Below, piece by piece: positions 63,133 through 64,000 of a DNA stretch of 64,000 nucleotides; positions within the stretch are counted from its first letter, which is position 1; every line of letters starts with the position of its first letter. A model generated the notes under the pieces. That model had not been told where the DNA came from and ran no database searches. It was given only the letters and a program-made list of their open reading frames with translations. Source of the DNA: Octopus sinensis (taxonomy: Eukaryota); contig NC_043000.1 in the NCBI RefSeq assembly GCF_006345805.1, positions 159,960,001-160,024,000 of the forward strand. Direction: 5' to 3'. The position numbers and the translations under genes are program-made.

Positions 63133-63750
63133 GGTGTTTCCATATATTTAAGGAAGAGTGTCTCATGAGAAAGATTTGACTGTAGTTTCTATTAAGTGTA
63201 GCTATCATGAGGAGTTTTATTGCTAGATCGTATTTCTTCTCTTTACATAGATTTTCGAGATCCAGAAACATTGCATGATTTTCTATAAATAGTAGAACTC
63301 GGAGCTTTCAACGTGGATAGCATTGGATGATATAATCTATGATATTCAGTGTTATAAAAAGTGAAGATTGACACGCCTGGAACATATCTGATTAGATTTC
63401 CTTCAGGCAAGTCTTATTAAGATTGAACAGCTGAGACAGCAAATCTAGCAAACCCTAGTATTGATAATTTGAGCGAAAAGTAACGCCTCTGCAATACAGT
63501 CCCTCGAAAAGCTAGACATGGCTGTGGAATGCTTTTGAATCTCAATCTAACACCTTAGGTACAGAAGAGTTTATAGGATAATGTAAATACTTTACGGAGA
63601 GAGAGATAGATAGAGATGGAGGGAGGAAAAGAATCGTTTTGGATGGAACAACGGTTTAAATTTATAGTTATCAGAAATTTAGTTCTATAGTTATTATTTC
63701 TACCTCCCTTTACTCTCTTGCCTTATGTGCACATGTAGAATTGCTGTTAC

Positions 63751-63813
<63 letters not shown>

Positions 63814-63816
63814 CAT

Positions 63817-64000
63817 CATATGTGCGCGACATGGTGATCTCATATCAAGATAAACAGCACATGACCTTGCAGGTGGAGCCCAGTTAGAATTTTCTTCAGA
63901 TCGAGTAACCCATCCCGCTCAAAAGGTCCCTGAATAAGGGTTGTTTAAGGACGTTGAACGAAACACCTATGTTTCCAGAGGTGATTTATTCAAACCCCAA
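63817..64000 (-). mobile_element. Copy of the (AAT)n-embedded non-coding element, cut by the window end
   Basis: Reverse complement of ~34830-35013, with the same cgcacatat-gatgat(aat)n end. Confidence 0.9.

Overview
AT-rich, microsatellite-dense eukaryotic DNA, not prokaryotic: no operons, rRNA or CRISPR. The SINE families look like those I recall from Octopus, so a coleoid cephalopod is likely (inference). No host protein-coding gene can be called with confidence, and most short ORFs in the track are microsatellite artefacts. The window is dominated by mobile DNA: two near-identical Tx1-clade LINEs in tandem inside one (CTAT)n array (one full-length, 17.6-23.7 kb), a third 3' stub with a 14-bp TSD, a decayed Penelope-like element (PLE), two R4/Dong-like 3' stubs at (AAT)n arrays, RTE relics, mariner and Tc2/pogo relics, a small Helitron and many tRNA-derived SINEs. 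There is a 100-N scaffold gap at 34083-34182. The most interesting structure is a 545-bp tandem repeat in an (AT)n tract (53250-54280). Each unit carries a minimal type I hammerhead ribozyme motif, which makes it a candidate retrozyme or circRNA-producing element. Also notable: microsatellite-specific targeting by three retroelement types, two spacer-less 186-220 bp palindromes, a Helitron flanked by a 172-bp direct duplication, covarying 3'UTR hairpins and a recombinant RT patch in the Tx1 copies, and a candidate 9-nt microexon.
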